Under the pieces are notes generated by a model, which worked only from the letters and a program-made list of their open reading frames with translations, made no database searches and had not been told where the DNA came from. The translations under genes were made by a program, and so were the position numbers. A DNA stretch of 64,000 bases, taken from NCBI GenBank assembly GCA_003971905.1, contig RSEE01000010.1, positions 558,001 to 622,000 on the forward strand, read 5' to 3'. Below are positions 39,747 to 52,660 of this stretch, piece by piece (the first letter of the stretch is position 1; every line of letters begins with the position of its first letter). This DNA comes from Moniliella sp. 'wahieum' (Eukaryota).

Positions 39747-40528
39747 ATCATAGCTAATCGAAAACGGTGGTAACAAGGTTCCGGATAGATATGTGAGGAC
39801 TACGTACAAAATTCAAGGTGAGCAAGGCCACAAGATTGTGCACAAGAAATTTCGATTAGCCATGATGACAACCTAGAATCTTGGCGTATTGGACTTGGCC
39901 GAGGGTGTCACAACAGAAAAGCACTACCTGAAGTACCTCCGGCTGTTGAAGTGTGTAGCTGACGTGGGTTCTCGTAAATTCGTAAGAATAAGGGTGAAGG
40001 AGATAAAAGGACGAAGCGAGAAGGGGGAAGGGCGGTCATAGTACAAATCAGATTTAGAGAGAGATTGTTCGGGGTAAAAGCGCAACAAAAGTATCATAAG
40101 CAACAGGGTGGTGGGCTTAAGAGCTACAGGTAGCAAGCCTGATGCAGGGCAGGTTTATATACAGAATTGGATCAGGCTGATCAGGCCTCAGTACTACAGG
40201 TGTAAAAGAGGATGTGGGAGTAGACTTAACGAGACTAACAAAATGCCTTTTGAAGATGTCTACAGCTTGTGCGGGGCTCTGCGTCCGCAGATAACAGGAC
40301 CGCCCTGTAACGTTACAACAGCACACCATCCATGATGCTGTTTTATCTGAATATCTCCTACTACGTTCTGCCCCTACTAACGGGGGCTCATATCTTGGAA
40401 TCAACAATCAATAGCTAATCGAAATTTCTTGCGCACAATCTTGTTGGGCCCTGCCCACCTTGAATTTTGTACGTAGTCCTCACATATCTATCCGGAACCT
40501 TGTACCACCGTTTTCGATTAGCTATGAT
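39747..40528. mobile_element. Two inverted ~120-bp units (39747-39866 and 40407-40528), each with ~17-bp TIRs; MITE-like/non-autonomous element
   Basis: The reverse complement of 40407-40528 aligns to 39747-39866 with few differences; each unit is bounded by ATCATAGCTAATCGAAA..TTTCGATTAGC(T/C)ATGAT. No transposase ORF inside. Confidence 0.65.
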
Positions 40529-43500
40529 CCATTATCTTTCTTTGGCTTATTGAGCCTATACAGCTTTTTCTGTCCAGAAGCGAGGCTGTCAACCTCATCT
40601 GTCCGCCTGAGTTGCCCCCGGCCCGAACTCCTCATTATCAGTACACCACAGTGCATGGTGGTCCATCAGGTGTGGGACTCCGCTCTGGAAGCTCTACTGG
40701 CGACATCTTGTCGACATTGAGCCCCTGTCAGCTCACCAGCATATGTAAGCTGCCGCCGTCGCCACCACAGCTGCCGCCCACTCCCCTTCCGCTGCCCCCC
40801 GAGCTGGTGGCCACTCCTCCTTCCGTCACCACCACGCCGGCTACCCCCGCTGGTACCCCGTACGGCAGACCAAGGCGCCTTTTATCACACTTGTCCGTTA
40901 TATTTTTGTCCTCCGAAGCCTCCACGCATGTATACTTCGGCTTGTTCGCCCTGTCTCTTTCACGGGTGTGGCGGCAGAAGGCTTCCTCGTTGAACGTACG
41001 CATGCAACCACCACCATTGCGATTGCATCGTTCTATACATTTCCAAAGGTTCACCAACACACCCAAATCCTTTGGGTTCCTCCGGTCTTACATCTGTGCC
41101 ATATATACACTGCAGGGCACGACATAAACAGGATGGAACCACAGAATCGCTTCCTGTTTCTTATTAGTGAGCCCGCGGCGGAGTGCTATAGCGTGCCCTG
41201 TGCCTACCAATCCCTGAAATGTTTTGGGTTTATATATACCGATGAAGACCACACGGCGTGGAAGGCTGTGGCTACCGCCGGGGGAGAGGAGAGGGATCAG
41301 TACTCAGTGACGTTAATGTATCTGAGAGGGGGACGTGGCTACTATTGTGAGATACATAGTGTGTGGTTATCGAGAGGCCGTCCCAATTAGCTTTTCTGGT
41401 GTGGAGCCACCGCGGGTGGCTCGTGTGTTTTGGTCAAACCTCGTCCCTTTTTCAGTCCCTCTCCTCTCAGGCGTTGGAGTTCCGTTGTTTTGCCGCTTCT
41501 CATCCGTTTTCCTTGTTCGGCAGCTTATAGCCCCTGGCGGCAACTATTGGCTGCTTTGATGTTCCTCCGTATAGGCGTAGGGCCGGCTGGCTTATTGCTC
41601 CACCACCGCGTGTCACTAGTGCCTTTGCATTACGCTCGATGAGGACCATCAGAACTCCAGGCCTCAGGCTGTGGCCTCATCGTGTGCATGGAGCTATCAT
41701 ATATTGCCCGTGGAAGATGTGCATGACTTTGCGCCAAGGCCTCCATTATGCCGAAATGCGCCAGTGCATCTGCACTACTCCATTCAGTAATACTCCCAGT
41801 ACACTCACAGTATACTCTCAGTACGTTCAGTCAAAGTGTGCAGAGCCCCTGTCCGCATAACTATGCTATGCGTCAAGAAGCAATGCATGTCACAATGACA
41901 TTGTTCCTGGGACATATGTGACTGAACCCCGTGCACTATCCTAGTGTGTTGGCCCGAGACGTCCCCAAGCACACCACCGCTGATGCATTGCTCCCGCGTC
42001 CCTTCTCGCGGCCGCCGCAGCATCGGTCATTGATCGAACTAATCGACTAATCCCTTCTGGGAAAACAGGGCGTGGTACTGCTGGCTGGCAAATGCCACCT
42101 CATATTCAATATTCAATAGGGCATTTACCGGATTCATCTTCCTTTTTGAGCTTCATGCTCTATGCTTCATGGACGCGACGGAGGGATGCGAGAGGCCCCC
42201 ACAGCTAAAGCGGCGCGCGCAACTCGTCACTGGTCGCCCCCTGAGGCCTGAGGGCCTGACTAGCTGACTAGTGACTAGCGACTCAGGGTACTACTCAGAC
42301 GCTATTGTCTTTTTCTGTAGCGCGGACATTTGCTTTCAAGCATCACATGCAGGCGCCACGATGGTCGATGATACCGATGATGCAACAGCACAGTGCACGA
42401 TGCTTTGCGGGCAAATGTGCGTTAGAGGAGGAGAGCGGAGTGGAGCGGAAGCATGCGGTAACCGATTATAACCTGTGACACGCGCGTACCGCGTAACGCC
42501 AGTGTATTAACATGTAACACCTGGTAGCACATGGCACACACATCTCATGGCCTCATCGATCATCGATTATCGACCTCGACCTCATCCATGCACACATTCA
42601 AAGAAACATAACCCTGCCATCCTGTGGAAGCTTCCTCAGGCCTTAGGTACATATAGCCGACACATGCTGTACTCCGTCTCGCGTTACGCGTTACGTCTGG
42701 CCGACGTGGACGAGAAGACGAGGGAAATGCTGAGGCGAAAATACTGTTCTTCCTCGTCACCATGCATCATGCATCATACATCCCATGCACCACATCAGAC
42801 TCTTGCTTGCCTGGACATCACCCGTATTAACAAAAGCTCCCCTACAAGCCGCGAGGACGCGAAGGCGGGCCTATACGACGTGGCTTTGGGGGATAGATGA
42901 TCGAGATATTGATGAAGTTTGAACTTTGATGCGTCGATAACGGACGTGTTACGACTGTGCCGGAGATGTTGCTGAGAAAGGAAGCACTCAAACATCTTCG
43001 GGGGAATGGAGCAAGGGACGGGCGGATTGGATGGGACTGTGGATGCGATAGAGAGGAGGCTGGCGAGAGTGTGTGTGTGACTGATAGCTTCCAGCCTTCG
43101 GCCTTGTGGGCCCGTCCCGCGACACACTGCCCCCGTCCTGGTTGTTTGAGGTACATGCGATACCACGAGGCCGCCTTGGGGGCTGTCTTGCTCCTTGTCC
43201 CTATCGATCTATCGACTATCGGTCACTCAGTCACCGGTCACTCGATCATCCACCGTTGAGTACTTGAGTACTCAGACTGAGTACAGACAGGTACAAAGTC
43301 GTGAGGTCGGTGACCTGTGACGCGTGACGCGTGACGGTGAGGTGGCTCGAGTGACCAGTGACATGTGACAGTGACTATCGCGACGGCCGATTCCAGGCGG
43401 GCCCAGGGCCACTGGACCGGGCTGGCACGGGGGCACAGCTTCTCTATCGCCCAGCTGCCCATGGGGTTAAGTTTATCGATCTCTGCTAAATTCCGCATGG

Positions 43501-44318
43501 GCTGCGGCAGCAGCTGCAGGGCATCAGTCAGCTGGGCAGTCCTCATGCGCTCATGCACTCATGGCGCGCGTGGGGCCGGTTTTCCCAGCCAGGAACCCAG
43601 GTTTGCCACAGCCACTCCATGCGAGACAGCTGCGTGCACTCGCGTCCCCCCGGCACAGCGCCAGTCTGCTGCGGCGAATCCGCTCGGGTGGAGCGTGGCG
43701 CGTGGTGGGGTGGGTACGCAGGACAGGAACGGCGGTGCGTCTATCGCATGCGTGCGACGCGGAGGACCCTCGTGTCCGGGGCATATCGCCCTTCGAGGAA
43801 CCGAACGTCACGACACCACCCCAACCGGCACGGGCATGGCGCCAGTGTGCGCCGCTATCTGCCTCGGGCGTTTTAGATTGCTCCGTTGTCGCAGCAGGCA
43901 AGTGTGGGTGGATGGTCGCGCAGTGGGCAGCATGGAATCAGCAGCCGCGTTGGGCTGGCCCGACTGGGCAGCCCAGCACAGCACCGCATCGCCCCCCCAA
44001 CGCTCTCTGCCTGCTCTGGCTTGCATCGCGTGCGGGCACGGGGCCAGTGTAAGCGTTATCCACGCCCGCTGCTGCCCTGCTGCCCAGGCTCCGCATGGGC
44101 AGCAGTCAAGCCCACGCACTGCCAGCATCGTTGCGCAGCCAGCCACGCAAACACATGGCCCCAGTCCGTCGGCCTCGCACTGCACCAGCGAAGGACCCAC
44201 CCGCCTGAGCTGCCAGAGCCTGCGGGCCGACCTGCGGTATATAAGGCACCAACACCATGCGGTTCCCCAGCTTCTTCCTCTCTATCCCGCCCGCCTCTCT
44301 CTCTCCTCTCGCCTCGCC

Positions 44319-46227
44319 ATGTCCCATTTCGTCAGGGACTTCGTGGACGGCTTCAAGCCGGCCCAGGCTCCGCCGGGCCCTAGCGAGATCCCCGCCGGCC
44401 CCGGCTACGACGCCGATATCACCACCAATGTTTATCCCGACGACAAGGGCTCCATGGAAAAGGGGCAGGATGTCGAGGGCGCCTCCATTTCCCTCGAGCA
44501 CACCGAGGGCGGCGCTGCTCCTGAGACGCTCAAGCGCCATCTCACTCAGCGTCACATGCAGATGATTGCCTTCGGCGGCAGGTTCGTTTCTTTCCCCTTC
44601 ATATCGCAATCTTAATGTCGGCCCAAGATGTGCTAACCCTTCCCTGACGCAGTATCGGAACTGGTCTCTTCATCGGTTCTGGTGGTGTGTACAACACGGG
44701 TGGTCCAGGTTTCTGATGCTGGATTACCTTTTGATCGGCACCATGCTTCTCTGTGTGGTTATGGATCTCGGTGAAATGGGTTCGCTCTTCCCCATCTCTG
44801 GTTCGTTGCTACCTACTCGACTCGGTTTGTCAGTCCCGCCTGGGGTTTCGCCATGGGCTGGAACTACTGGATGCAATGGTTTATCGTCTTGCCTTTGGAA
44901 CTCAAGGCTGCCTCGATTGTGATCAAATACTGGGATCCTAACGAGCACATCTCTCCTGGTGTCTGGCTTATCATCTTCCTTGTCGTCATTGGTGGCATCA
45001 ACCTCTTTGGTGTCCGTGGCTACGGTGAATTTGAGAGCTTTGCTGCTATGATCAAGATCATTGCTGTTATTGGCTTTATCAGTGCGTATTTCATTTCAAC
45101 TTGCACCGTACAGATTCTGATTGGCTAACCTTTCCTGCACCCTCAGTCTGTGGCAGTGTTTTTCTGCTGGTGGTGCCCCCTCCCATGAGCACATTGGCAA
45201 GTACTGGCAATCCTGCTCTTCGATGCTTTCCGCAATGGCTTCCAAGGCTTTTGCTCTGTTTTCGGTCAGTGCCGCCTTTGCCTTTGCCGTACTGAGCTGA
45301 TTGGTCTCGCCGCTGCCGAGTCGCACAACCCTCGCAAGGACATGCCCAAGGCTGCCAAGCAGATCTTTGCCCGTATCATCATTTTCTACGTGATCTCTCT
45401 TTGGTTGTGACACTCATTGTCGGCCCCACGAACCCGCGTCTGACTGGGGGTACCTCCTCCTACGATGCTCGCGCCAGTCCGTTTTCATTGCTATCCGATT
45501 GGGAAGATCAAGGCCTTGCCTTCGATTTTCAATGCCGTCATTTTGATTTCCGTGCTGTCGGTGGGCAACTCGGCCGTGTACGGTGCCTCGCGCACGCTTA
45601 CTGCGTTGGCGCAGCAGGGCCAGGCCCCTGCCACTTCAAGTTTGTTGACCGTCAAGGTCGTCCTATGCCTGCTGTGGTCCTCAGTTTGGCCATGGGCTTC
45701 CTTTTCGTTCCTGATTTACTCTGCGTCGAGCACGGACGTGTTCAACTGGCTGCTTGCCCTCAGTGGTCTCTCGACCATCTCTCTTGGGCTCGGTTACCCT
45801 GTGCCACGTTCGCTTCCGCAATGGCATGGAAGAGGGCCGGTTCACTCTTGAGGAGCTTCCGTGAAGGCGCCGACGGGCATGATTGGCTCCATCTGGGCAC
45901 CTTCTTCTGCTCTCTGGTGTGGTGCTGCAGTTCATCATTGCCTGCTGGCCCATTGGTGCATCGTCCATGTCGGGTTCGGGCCGTGCGGTCACCTTCTTCC
46001 AGGCTTGCCTTGCCATCCCCGTTGTCCTGGTCTTCTTCATTGCCGGGCTCTTCTTGCCCAAGAAGGGCAACAGGTCCAACCTCTGGGTTCGCCTTGAGGA
46101 CATTGACTTGACCACGGGCCGTCGCATGATTCCCCTCGATGTGCTCCGACAAGAGCGCGAGGAGGCGTCGCACGTTCCTTTGCTCGCAAGCTCCTTGAAT
46201 CTTTGTCTGAGCTCATATCCCTGTTAG
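44319..46227 (+). CDS. Amino acid permease (YAT/APC, GAP1-like); introns ~44582-44652 and ~45082-45145; many indels
   Basis: LKRHLTQRHMQMIAFGG-SIGTGLFIGSG; GFAMGWNYWMQW; INLFGVRGYGEFE; ELIGLAAAESHNPRKDMPKA; LPSIFNAVILISVLSVGNSAVYGASRTL; EDIDLTTGRR; TATATAA at 44238. Confidence 0.93.
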
Positions 46228-47551
46228 AGCGCCCTTCCCCCTCCCACACTTACTTACGTATATCCGTTATCAGGCCGATTGACATCGTCACGGGTTGAAT
46301 GTACATTCCCATGATCATATCTCCTTGCTCCCAGCGTACGCCACACATGTGGAAGATTTTATATGGTGTTTTCGATAGTTATCCATCTCATCTCGTTGGG
46401 GCCTGAGAGGCCGGAGGCATCTTTTTCGGTCCCTCAGGTTTCATCGACCCTCCACGTCTGTTTTCAATGTCACTCTGATTAATGATTAGCTTTCGCTTGT
46501 GCCTCAACCAGGCACTCGATAACTGCAGCAGCTTGGGATCAAATTTATTCTGATATGATCCTGGCGATCCCCCTGGTTCCTTAACATGGTGGCGCTACCA
46601 AGTAGCGCACGCAAGATGAACAGATCGGTTAGGCGTAGCGTTTTCCCTGTCCCAGCCTTAGCTCTGTCAATGATATGGATGCACTATGATACGTTCGCAG
46701 ACACAGCTAATAAAAAATGTTGAAGCGAACGTTTCAGAGGCGAAAATGCGTGCGTTTTTCTTGTTTCGGGCGTGTAATAGCGGTGGGCTGGTTGGTTGTC
46801 TCGAAGAACGATGTTGTTTATGTGGATGAGTAGTTGGATGCTGACGCGCTGACGTTGATGGACGAAAATATGAACTAGAACAAACGCTCTGAGCAGCTCC
46901 TCTCCTCACACATCTCACATCTGCGTGGATCTATCTCCAGTGTGCATGATCTCGTTTTTCAGGATTCTTCGGGTCATCTTCAACGTATCAACTCTCATGA
47001 TGCATGATGCATGATGCAGTATCATGCTTTATCTCATGGAGGGTGGAGTGGCTTTCCCGCCGTTACTGGTTACCAGTTGCGGGTTACTAGCTGCGATAAG
47101 GCCAATCTCCTCAGATCTCGGTCTTCGGTCCTGCACTATCGATAAGGCCTAAGGCCTAAGGGCAGCTTTCTAGCTACGCGTCCGGCCGCCGACTTTCATT
47201 ACTTGCCGCGCGCGCCAACATGCGCGCGGCCAATATTAAACGTTCAAAAAGGTGTTGATCTGGCGGGCTGCGCACAGGCAGTCTGCTCAAGGTGGCGTGG
47301 TTCTTTCGGCGGAGCCCTGGGGCCTAATAAGCGCCTCTGCTAGGGTTTGTTCGCCTCCACCTCCGCCATCGCCTCCTGGCTCCTGGCTCCCCCACAGGCC
47401 ACCCGACCTCGACCTCGACCCCGATCCCAACTCCGGCTTCCATCTTTTCAGCGCCACCGCAACCACCTAATTGTGCACATCGCCCTTCTGAACGCGCCCG
47501 CACGTCGCACTTTCGTTTTCCTCCGCGCTTTCCGTTTTGCCCCTTTCGTTC

Positions 47552-48333
47552 ATGTCGACTTCGTCCACACCAGTTGCGTCTGCATCTGCGTCTGCACCCG
47601 AAGAGGGTGAGCGCCAAGCGTACGTTGATGCCCCATTTTCCTTTGCGAATTGAGCTGGGACCAGCTTCTCTCGCTCACCCTCCTTGTGTTTTTCCAGCGT
47701 TATCCTCAAAGTTGGCATTGTGGGGGATGCTCAGATTGGCAAGACATCGCTGATGGTTCGGTACATTCACAATCAGTTTGATGAAGAGTACATTCAAACG
47801 CTGGGGTTCACTTTATGGAGCGTACCATCCGCATCCGCCAGACGCCGATTACGTTTAGTCTGTGGGACTTGGGAGGCGCACGCGAGTTTGTTAACATGCT
47901 CCCCATGGTCTGCAACAGCGCGGTGGCCATCCTGTACATGTTTGACCTCACTCGCCGTCCGACGCTGGACAGCGTTCGGGGGTGGTACCGCCAAGTGAAA
48001 GGGTTCAACCGGCGCGCGATCCCGATCTTGGTGGGCACCAAGTACGATCTGTTCAACGAGTTGCCCCTGGTTGAACGGGAGGACAACATCCGTGCCGCGC
48101 GGCGGTACGCGCGAGCGATGCGCGCTCCCCTCATCTTCTCCTCTAGCACTGAGGCCACCAACGTCCAAAATATTTTCAAGATCATCCTGGCCCGCGCGTT
48201 TGGCTTGCGTCTCACCATCCCCGAGGTTACCGATCACAACCGACCCCTGCTCATCTACGAAGAGGAGCACCTTCGTATGACGGAGGAACAAAGCGCCGAG
48301 GGGGTGCGCGCCGTCACGGGCGCAGCAGTGTGA
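47552..48333 (+). CDS. TEM1: Septation/mitotic-exit GTPase Tem1/Spg1; intron ~47607-47697; 1-nt deletion at ~47806
   Basis: [32 protein letters not shown](V)[50 protein letters not shown]. Confidence 0.93.
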
Positions 48334-48421
48334 GTGTAGAATTGCTTAAAGTTATCCTTACCTGCTGCCACTGCATACCACTTTGTCGTTCTACTTCACT
48401 CTACCGTTCCTCTTCTTCCCT

Positions 48422-48493
48422 TTCCTCTCTCTCCTGTGGCTCTTCCTCTCTCCTGTGACCCTTGTGTGGCCCTTCCTCTCTCTCCTGTGGCTC
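48422..48493. repeat. Three imperfect copies of TTCCTCTCTC(TC)CTGTG between convergent 3' ends
   Basis: Read directly at 48422, 48443 and 48473. Confidence 0.75.
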
Positions 48494-48530
48494 GCACAGT
48501 ATACCATCTTGTACTCTAGAATCCGTATTC

Positions 48531-49291
48531 TCAAGAGGACTTCTTGACGAAGTTGGACTCGCGAATTGCCGCGCGGGCCTTTTGATCGAGCTTGGCCTTG
48601 GTGTCTTGAAGGGCACGGAGGCGGGGAGTGATACCAGTGCGAAGATAGTACTCGTGGTCCTCTTTCTCCTTCTTCTCCTTCTCAAGTGCTGCACGGCGCT
48701 TGGCTTCCTCGGGGTCCTCGGCCTCAATCTTCTCACCCCGCGCAATTCGTTCGGCAAGGACGGCTTCCTTGCGCAACCGTTCCTTCTCGGCCAACCGCAT
48801 CTGGCGACGACGCTCACGGACCAACCGCTTTTCTGCAGTACGCGCCTGACCTTTGGTCATACCCGTGGTGTCAAGGTGCCAGGCGCCCAAGCCACCGGGA
48901 CCCGTGTTGACCTCTTCCTCCACACCACGCCGCGTGTTGACCTCCCACACCCAGGGAGGATACCACGAGTCGGGCTTGGCTACCGGGTCGGCTTGTCCTT
49001 AAAGATGGACAGACCCGCCAGCACAGTCCCAGCTGGCGTAGCCGACCTCGATCCTAACGGAAAGAAATGAATAGGTTAGTTTTCGGAAGGGCCAACAACT
49101 ACTGTTGATTGAAATGAATCCCACCAACCTTCTTCAGCGGCTGCCTCGGTGTTGGAAGGAACAGCATCCGCGTCTTGGTCGGCCGCGGGCGAGGCACAAG
49201 TACGGCTGGTTGTGGAGAAGAAGCGTGGCGAAAGTGCCAGGGACGTCCTGCGCACGCTGGCGCCCAGCCCAAACACACGCAGCGCCGACAT
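48531..49291 (-). CDS. MRPL37: Mitochondrial large-subunit ribosomal protein mL54 (yeast MrpL37); intron ~49054-49128
   Basis: Presequence MSALRVFGLGASVRR..RFFSTT; across an indel SATPAGTVLAGLSIFKDK(PD)PVAKPDSWYPPWVW; C-terminal RAAIRESNF. Confidence 0.8.
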
Positions 49292-49830
49292 GCTGAAGTC
49301 TGGTCGTCGTCGTTGGCGGCGGCGGTGGGGGCGGCTTGTTCTGTCAAAACGGGTGGATCTTCCAGCAGCTTCCGCTCGGTCGGGCGGAATTGCGTGTTCA
49401 AGTGTGTATTATTTGTTTGGGCTGGGAAGCGGCGCACTTGCCATTAGCTAGCATGAACGACTCCCACAGCTGCTCTCCCCTATGTACCACTACTGCTGCT
49501 CCTACGACTACTACCGCTGGCTCAAGCAATCTTGCTGCTTTGGTTGAACATGCTTATACCGTTCTGCCATCCAATCGACGAGTCACAGGGCCAAGACATT
49601 GGTAAAAAAGCTGTTTTCGAATGGATGCAAGCTAAAAGATTTGTGAGTGTTTGAAGTGGCTGTAGATACATGAACAGGAGCGGACGGAATCACGAGCGTC
49701 GAGGTCGCTTGGCCTTGCGCTCATCGCCAACAGAGAGGGAAGTCTTTGGAGAGGAGTGCTTCTTGTGATGCCTGTGCCCCTTGGCAGGCTTAGAAGAGGT
49801 AGGATGGTTCGGTCGGCGCGGACGGAGTTT

Positions 49831-52660
49831 TTAGTCCAGTGGCTCGATGGGGTTGGGGCGGTTGTAAAAATCCTCATCATCATCATCGTCATCGTCAATG
49901 TCAGACGGGTCCAAATCCTGGAATTGCTCCGGAATTGGATGGTTGGCCTGGATCTCAAGGTGGTTTTCTGGGCCGTTGAACGTAACGTGGATCTTCTCGC
50001 CATCCTGCACTTGACCGCGCAGAATGTAGACCGACAATGGGTTCAACAGCTCTCTCTGGATCGCCCGGGCCAGAGGACGAGCACCCAAAGTGGGGCTGTA
50101 GCCGACACTGGCCAGGTAGTCTTTGGCACCATTGTCCAGCTCAATCTTCATCCGCTTGCCCGAAGCATTGAGACGCTGCTGCACCTCCCGCACCCGGTTG
50201 TCGACAATTTCACGAATGTTGCTCCGGCTGAGCTTGCGGAAAATGACAATCGAGTCCACACGGTTGCGGAATTCGGGCGGAGATGGGCAGCAATGGCGCC
50301 ATTGACCAAGTCGGCAGTGTGTTGGCTGATGGGGCCGCCATCGGTATCCGACTCCATCAAATACTGGGCCCCAAGTTCGAGGTCATGATGATGATCGTGT
50401 TCTTGAACGAGACAACGCGGCCTTGGCCATCGGTGGCACGGCCGTCGTCCAGGATAGCAAGGAAGAGCGTCAGGAACTCCCGTGCCGCCTTTTCAATCTC
50501 ATCAATCAAAATCACCGAGTATGGCCGGCGACGCACCCACTCAGTCAACTGACCACCTTGGTCGTGGCCAACGTACCCGGGTGGCGCACCAATCAGGCGA
50601 GAGATGGAGTGCTTCTCGCTGTACTCGGAGGCATCAATGCGCATCATCGCGTTTTCATCGTCAAACAGTTGCTTGGAGAGCGACTTGGACAACAGAGTTT
50701 TACCTGTACCCGAAGGCCCGCAGAACAGGAAAGAGGCAATGGGTCGGTTGGGGTTGGCCAGACCACTGCGCGAAAGACGAATGGCCTGGGCGACAGCCTT
50801 GACTGCCTCGGGCTGACCCACAACGTCACGCCCGAGGTACTTCTCCAACGTCAAGAGCTTCTTCTTCTCGCTCTCCATCATCCGGCTCGCTGGTACACCA
50901 GTCCAGCGCGAACGATCGTGGCGATAGCCTCGGGCGTGACTGAGTTCTTGCCGGATGAGACGTCTTGCTCCTCGCGCTTGCGCTCCTCCTCCTGCAGTCG
51001 CTTGACTTGTTCTCCAACTCGGGGATCGCATAGTAGCGCAGATCAGCCGCCGTTTGCACATCGTATCGACGCTCGGCATCAGCCGCCTTCGCTTGCAGCT
51101 CGTCGATGCGACGCCGCGTGCATTCAGCTCGTCGCCCTTCTCCTTCTCGGCCTCATGAGCAGCAATCTTGGGGCCAACTCTCCTCGTCGAGTGGGCGAGC
51201 TCCTTCTTGGTGTTCAACAGGGCCTCTTTGCTCGCCGGGTCCTTCTCGCGCTCGAGCGCGTGAATGGCCACTTCGAGTTGCAGCTTTTTGCGCTGCAGCT
51301 TGTCGATGTCTTCTGGACTGTGTCGCGCTGAACCCGCACGTCCGCACTGGCCTCATCGACCAGTCAATCGCACTGTCGGGCATGCGACGGTTGGTAAGGT
51401 AGCGCTTGGCTAGGTGGCGGCCGCAACAAGCGCCGAGTCGAGGATGCGAACACCGTGGTGAACCTCGTACTTGTCCCGGATACCACGAAGAATGGCAATC
51501 GTCGCTTCCACATCTGGCTCCTCCACCAACACAGTCTGGAAACGACGCTCAAAAGCAGCGTCCTTCTCAATGTACTGGCGGTACTCGGCCAGCGTCGTGG
51601 CGCCAATGCAGCGCAGTTTGCCACGAGCCAGCATAGGCTTGAGCAGGTTGGCGGCATCCATGCCGCCGCTGCCGCCTCCGGCCATGATGAGGTGAATCTC
51701 GTCAATGAACAAGACCACATTCGTCCCATCTTCTTGCATTTTTTTTTCGATTTCCTCAAGAACCGCCTTGACTCGCTCCTCGTACTCGCCGCGGTACTTG
51801 GCTCCGGCCATGAGAGCACCCATGTCGAGCGACAAGAGTCGCCCAATCAAGTTGGGAGGCACGTCCCGGTTGACAATCCGGTTGGCCAAACCCTCGACAA
51901 CAGCAGTCTTGCCTACACCGGGCTCACCAAGTAGCACGCATTGTTCTTGGTACGACGGGAGAGAACACGAATGATGCGGCGGATTTCAGCGTCGCGTCCT
52001 GGGAGATAGCAACAGTCAGTACAAGCAGTCATGGGATAGTATGCGAGATGAGTTACGCACCAATTACTGGGTCAATCTTGCCCTCGGCAGCGAGAGCAGT
52101 GAGATCGGTGGTATACTTGTTAAGGGCGTCAAAGCCAGCCTCGGCATTCTTAGAATCGATGCGGCGTGCGCCACGTGCTTGGGTTAGGGCGGTCTTGAGG
52201 ACCTCGACATTGGTCAGGCCGTTTGCCTTGAGAATGTCGACAAACTTGCTGTCATGGTCAAGAAGGGAGAGGATAAGGTGGTCTTGGGCGATAAAGCTGT
52301 CGTGCTGGGAGGTGCGGAGTTTGTCGGCAGCCTTGAGGGACTTGAGCAGGGGGCTGCTCATGCTCACCTCGTCGGAGGGGGATTTTGCTGGGGGATTTTG
52401 CGGATAGCAGAGCGCAGTTCCTCCTCCACGCGCTGCGTGTTGACCCCCGACTTGGCGAGGACAGCATGGAGAAGGGACTCGTTGACGGGGGCATCCTTGC
52501 CGCTTGATGGCCCTTGAGAAGTTTGAGTGCGGTCGGTGAGCAGGGCAAGTTCGAGGTGGGCAGGGGCGACGAGGGCATGGGCACTGTCCTTGGCAAGCTG
52601 GAGCGACTGGGCCAGGACGCCGTTGGCGCGGTCGGTGAACTGGAAGCCGTCGTTGGACAT
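49831..52660 (-). CDS. HSP104: Hsp104/ClpB AAA+ disaggregase; intron ~51998-52059; many indels
   Basis: [104 protein letters not shown]; acidic tail ending IEPLD. Confidence 0.96.

Noticed and set aside
37465..46227. Aminotransferase plus amino-acid permease as a metabolic gene cluster
   Set aside because: Separated by over 5 kb of non-coding/repeat DNA, with no backbone enzyme or regulator nearby.
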